From: Amoebophrya sp. A120
Taxonomy: Eukaryota; Protista; Dinoflagellata
Direction of reading: 5' to 3'
Assembly (NCBI GenBank): GCA_905178155.1
Contig: CAJINV010000055.1
Coordinates: forward strand, 9,222-19,472
DNA length: 10,251 nt
Position 1 is the first letter of the stretch. Every line of letters starts with the position of its first letter. Positions 8,000-10,251 of the stretch are shown in pieces. The translations under genes were made by a program, and so were the position numbers. The notes below the pieces were generated by a model. The model searched no databases, was not told where the DNA came from, and saw nothing but the letters and a program-made list of their open reading frames with translations.

Positions 8000-9005
8000 A
8001 TGAAAGTTGCTGTATCCTTGACGGTTGTGGCGGGCGCCAGCGCTCTGTCCATGTCGCAGCGGATCACCGCGGGGAACCGTCTGCTGTCCCTCCCTGCACA
8101 GCACACTGAGGTGCCGCTGGATAAGCTGAATGAGGTCCGCGAGGTGTTGAGCAAGGACTGTGGTGCGGAATGCGTGAAGTACTGGGATTCCGTGATGTCG
8201 ACTGCACAGAAGGATGGCAAAACGGTCCTGTCTGCACTTCAGGAACAAACCGCTGACACTTTCAACAAAATGAAGGAATTCCAAGCCGCTGTGGAGCATG
8301 AGGACCCGACCACGGCGCTAGCTGAGTTCCAGGCAACCCACAGCGCCTTTTTGAAAGAGCGCAGCACCTTGTCGTCTGCTGTTCCAATGATGGACGCGCC
8401 CTGCTTTTTATCATAAACAAAACTACCAAAATGCCCAGACAACAATGTAATTCTTGCATTCAGTACTGAAACTCAGGTGTATTCACGGAGTGACGGAGAG
8501 CTTAGTTAGAGCTTACATGCGGTTTGAGAATCGGACAGAAATGGTATTTTTGTTTGGCATACCTTGACGCCAAGTCCTGCAAGCTGGTGGAGGCACTGGG
8601 CAACCGCTGCAACTTCGGTCGTGTCGCGACCCTGGCCATCTACCAAGCCATCAACCTCCCAATCCATGTATTGGGTGTTGCGACCAAAATTCTGTGTGCC
8701 TGCATCGACGTTTACACCGCCAGCACGTGCTTGCTCAGATTCGCTCCGTTTTGCGGACCGGTCCACTCGTTGATGGGAAAGGTCTGGGGCATCAATAATT
8801 CGGTTTGGGAGGCCACAAAGGTACACTATTCAGCTATTTTTTCTATAGACTAGTACGGGGGGATCCGTGTAGCTTTTCTTTTGTGATTAATTGCGTCGCG
8901 CCGGATCAGGAGGCTTTCCCATGATTTCCTTCCCTTAACACAAAACAGGCCGTCACCAGCAAATGCAAGGTTATTGGCAGCCCGTTAGTGGCCAGCCCGC
9001 CATAG
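8000..9005 (+). CDS. Three-exon secreted Cys-rich protein (exons ~8000-8404, ~8563-8820, 8949-9005; ~239 aa), resembling apicomplexan PSOP13-type proteins
   Basis: ORFs 8000..8416 and 8524..8853 join across an inverted-repeat-bounded insert as ...MDAPC|LDAKSC.... A GT-AG intron then joins WEATK to AVTSKCKVIGSPLVASPP*. The protein has signal-like MKVAVSLTVVAGASA, SAFLK and 10 Cys. The CN..R....YQA.N...HV......LC.C......C.L...P......WEA.K.....C pattern is recalled from PSOP13-like proteins (unverified). Confidence 0.75.
8405..8562 (+). mobile_element. Non-canonical intron / introner-like element with imperfect terminal inverted repeats (~158 nt; ends uncertain by a few nt)
   Basis: The left arm 8409-8428 TATCATAAACAAAACTACCA matches the reverse complement of the right arm 8542-8561 (TATGCCAAACAAAAATACCA) at 16/20 positions. 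Flanks CTTTT (8404-8408) and CCTTG (8562-8566) may be a decayed 5-nt duplication. The interior is AT-rich with stops, there is no GT...AG at these ends, and removing 158 nt restores the frame. Confidence 0.68.
8821..8948 (+). other. Canonical spliceosomal intron, 128 nt, phase 0
   Basis: AAG|GTACAC donor, branch-like CTTAAC at 8934-8939 and AAACAG|GCC acceptor. The joint is in frame and adds a tenth Cys. Confidence 0.8.
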
Positions 9006-9186
9006 GCAGGATGCCAAACCGGTGACGTGTCAAAAAATCGGACGCGACAATACACTGATGAAATCCTGATAGTTTTTTGATTCCCATTTTCCACAATGTA
9101 TTTTCCAGCGTCTCACGTTCATATGTGTTCCTAAATTCGTGCTCATGTATCGTGACAACGAGCGGCCACCCAAAAAATGCAATACT

Positions 9187-9238
9187 CGTAATCAAAGAGA
9201 CAGAATCAGCCCGCGTAATCAAAGAGAAATCAAAGAGA
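9187..9238. repeat. Short direct repeat AATCAAAGAGA x3
   Basis: Copies at 9190-9200, 9217-9227 and 9228-9238; the first two are preceded by CGT. Confidence 0.8.
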
Positions 9239-9309
9239 AATGTTGCTTGACTTGCCGTAGCACAAGTCCTTGGCGTCGTGTTTTTTTTCGTGGAATCATC
9301 GCCAGGAAG

Positions 9310-10104
9310 ATGTCAAAACTTTTCGTCGCCTGCACTTTCGCTGCCGTTGCTGAGGCGGCTATGCCGTCTTTCGCGGTCGGTGAACAATTGGGTGAGGCGC
9401 TCTCTGCTGGAATCAGCTCGAATTCCGCGGATTTTCAGCAAAAAATTGCGCCTGCGCTGGCCCAACCAGTGCTGCGCAACGCCGGCGTGGAGGCAGTGAT
9501 GAGCGCTGCGGCTAAAAAGTACAGCTTCTTGCAGCGTCCCGTGTTGAACTTGCACGTAGGTGAGACCGCGTCTGCGTCGCTCGCAGCTGATCGTGCTGCC
9601 GCTGCAACTGCACTGGCTGGCGTCGAGCAACAGGAAGTGCAGATGTTAGAACGCGCGGCACACAAATCCTTTCTGCGCACGCCGCTATCCGATCTCCAGC
9701 GTGAGGGAGCAGATGGATCTGTTTTCAAAGATGCAGTCAGCTACTACGGGTCGCTCGTTGACGCTGGTGGCTATTCTGCACAGCATGGTGTCGCAGGATT
9801 GTTGGATCTTGCTTCTCTGCCCAATGCTCGCGTTGCCATGCAGCCCCTCCTGTTCAAAGTCAAAAATCTCGCACAGAAGGAAAGTACCCCAGATGCCACC
9901 AGGGACATGGCCGGATCTTTGATCACGTTCCTGACCAACATGCCGGTCTCGTTCCAGTCTAGTGACTCTGCAACCGGCGCCTATGGCCACACAAACATCG
10001 TGCTGCCGTCGCCAAGTCGTGTTTATGGGGCTGAAGAGGAGATCGCACAGTTGAAGGCTGGAGCTATGGCGGCGGACTCCCTGGCGGGTTCGCTCTACCA
10101 CTAA
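9310..10104 (+). CDS. Secreted protein, 264 aa, unknown function, with two SFL motifs and a non-repetitive helical C-terminal domain
   Basis: gaagATG at 9310, signal-like MSKLFVACTFAAVAEA, YSFLQRPVLNLHV and KSFLR. The C-terminus reads AGSLITFLTNMPV...GAYGHTNIVLPSPSRVY. The ORF-track extension from 9139 runs through AT-rich, repeat-containing UTR. Confidence 0.87.
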   Translation: MSKLFVACTFAAVAEAAMPSFAVGEQLGEALSAGISSNSADFQQKIAPALAQPVLRNAGVEAVMSAAAKKYSFLQRPVLNLHVGETASASLAADRAAAATALAGVEQQEVQMLERAAHKSFLRTPLSDLQREGADGSVFKDAVSYYGSLVDAGGYSAQHGVAGLLDLASLPNARVAMQPLLFKVKNLAQKESTPDATRDMAGSLITFLTNMPVSFQSSDSATGAYGHTNIVLPSPSRVYGAEEEIAQLKAGAMAADSLAGSLYH

Positions 10105-10251
10105 ACCGCTTCCTCAGTCTTGTCTCGCGGGCGAAGGACTCTCGGGAAAGGCACAGCAATTCAGACATGTCTGAACTGAATACAATCAAATTCCCTGTGA
10201 ATGCGCTTACGTCCGGAGCTCACTCGCTCTCTTTTTCTGCAAAACCAATGA

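Noticed and set aside
8524-8853. ORF 8524..8853 as a standalone gene
   Set aside because: It has a TTG start inside the inverted-repeat insert and its tail reads into a canonical intron. It is better explained as exon 2 of the gene starting at 8000.
9254-9266. GCCGTAGC resembles the 5' end of the dinoflagellate spliced leader (DCCGTAGCCATTTTGGCTCAAG)
   Set aside because: Only about 8 nt match and the ATTTTGGCT core is missing, so chance or an ordinary acceptor AG is more likely than a relic SL.
475-10101. Many long minus-strand ORFs mirroring the real genes (e.g. 475..1122, 1572..2042, 5223..5840, 5594..6076, 9685..10101)
   Set aside because: These are expected by-products of biased, Ala-rich codon usage on the + strand and have no independent coding features.
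1-10251. Prokaryotic operon, phage or CRISPR interpretation; stop-codon reassignment
   Set aside because: Spliceosomal introns, A at -3 start contexts, no evident Shine-Dalgarno pattern and alveolate-type domains all indicate a eukaryote. There is no repeat-spacer array, and TAA, TAG and TGA all terminate genes.

Overview
Compact eukaryotic window, most likely from a myzozoan alveolate. A syndinian dinoflagellate such as Amoebophrya is the best guess, but this is inference. It holds 11 head-to-tail + strand genes: one 5'-truncated and ten complete, separated by 266-486 bp spacers. All ten complete genes encode small Ala-rich proteins with signal-peptide-like N-termini. They include two CPW-WPC-domain proteins, a paralogue pair resembling the apicomplexan '41-3' family and a Cys-rich protein resembling PSOP13 (the last two resemblances are from memory and need a search). 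Eight of the ten carry S-F-L-[Q/R/K/E/S] motifs (14 copies) and a ninth has the variant AFLK; the motif is usually followed by a beta-strand plus amphipathic helix module. This suggests a clustered set of proteolytically matured, co-assembling secretory-organelle proteins. Two genes are split by introns that the ORF track misses: two canonical GT-AG introns and one non-canonical intron bounded by an imperfect 20-nt inverted repeat (introner-like). All three stop codons are used as terminators, so the genetic code is standard. The long minus-strand ORFs are shadows.
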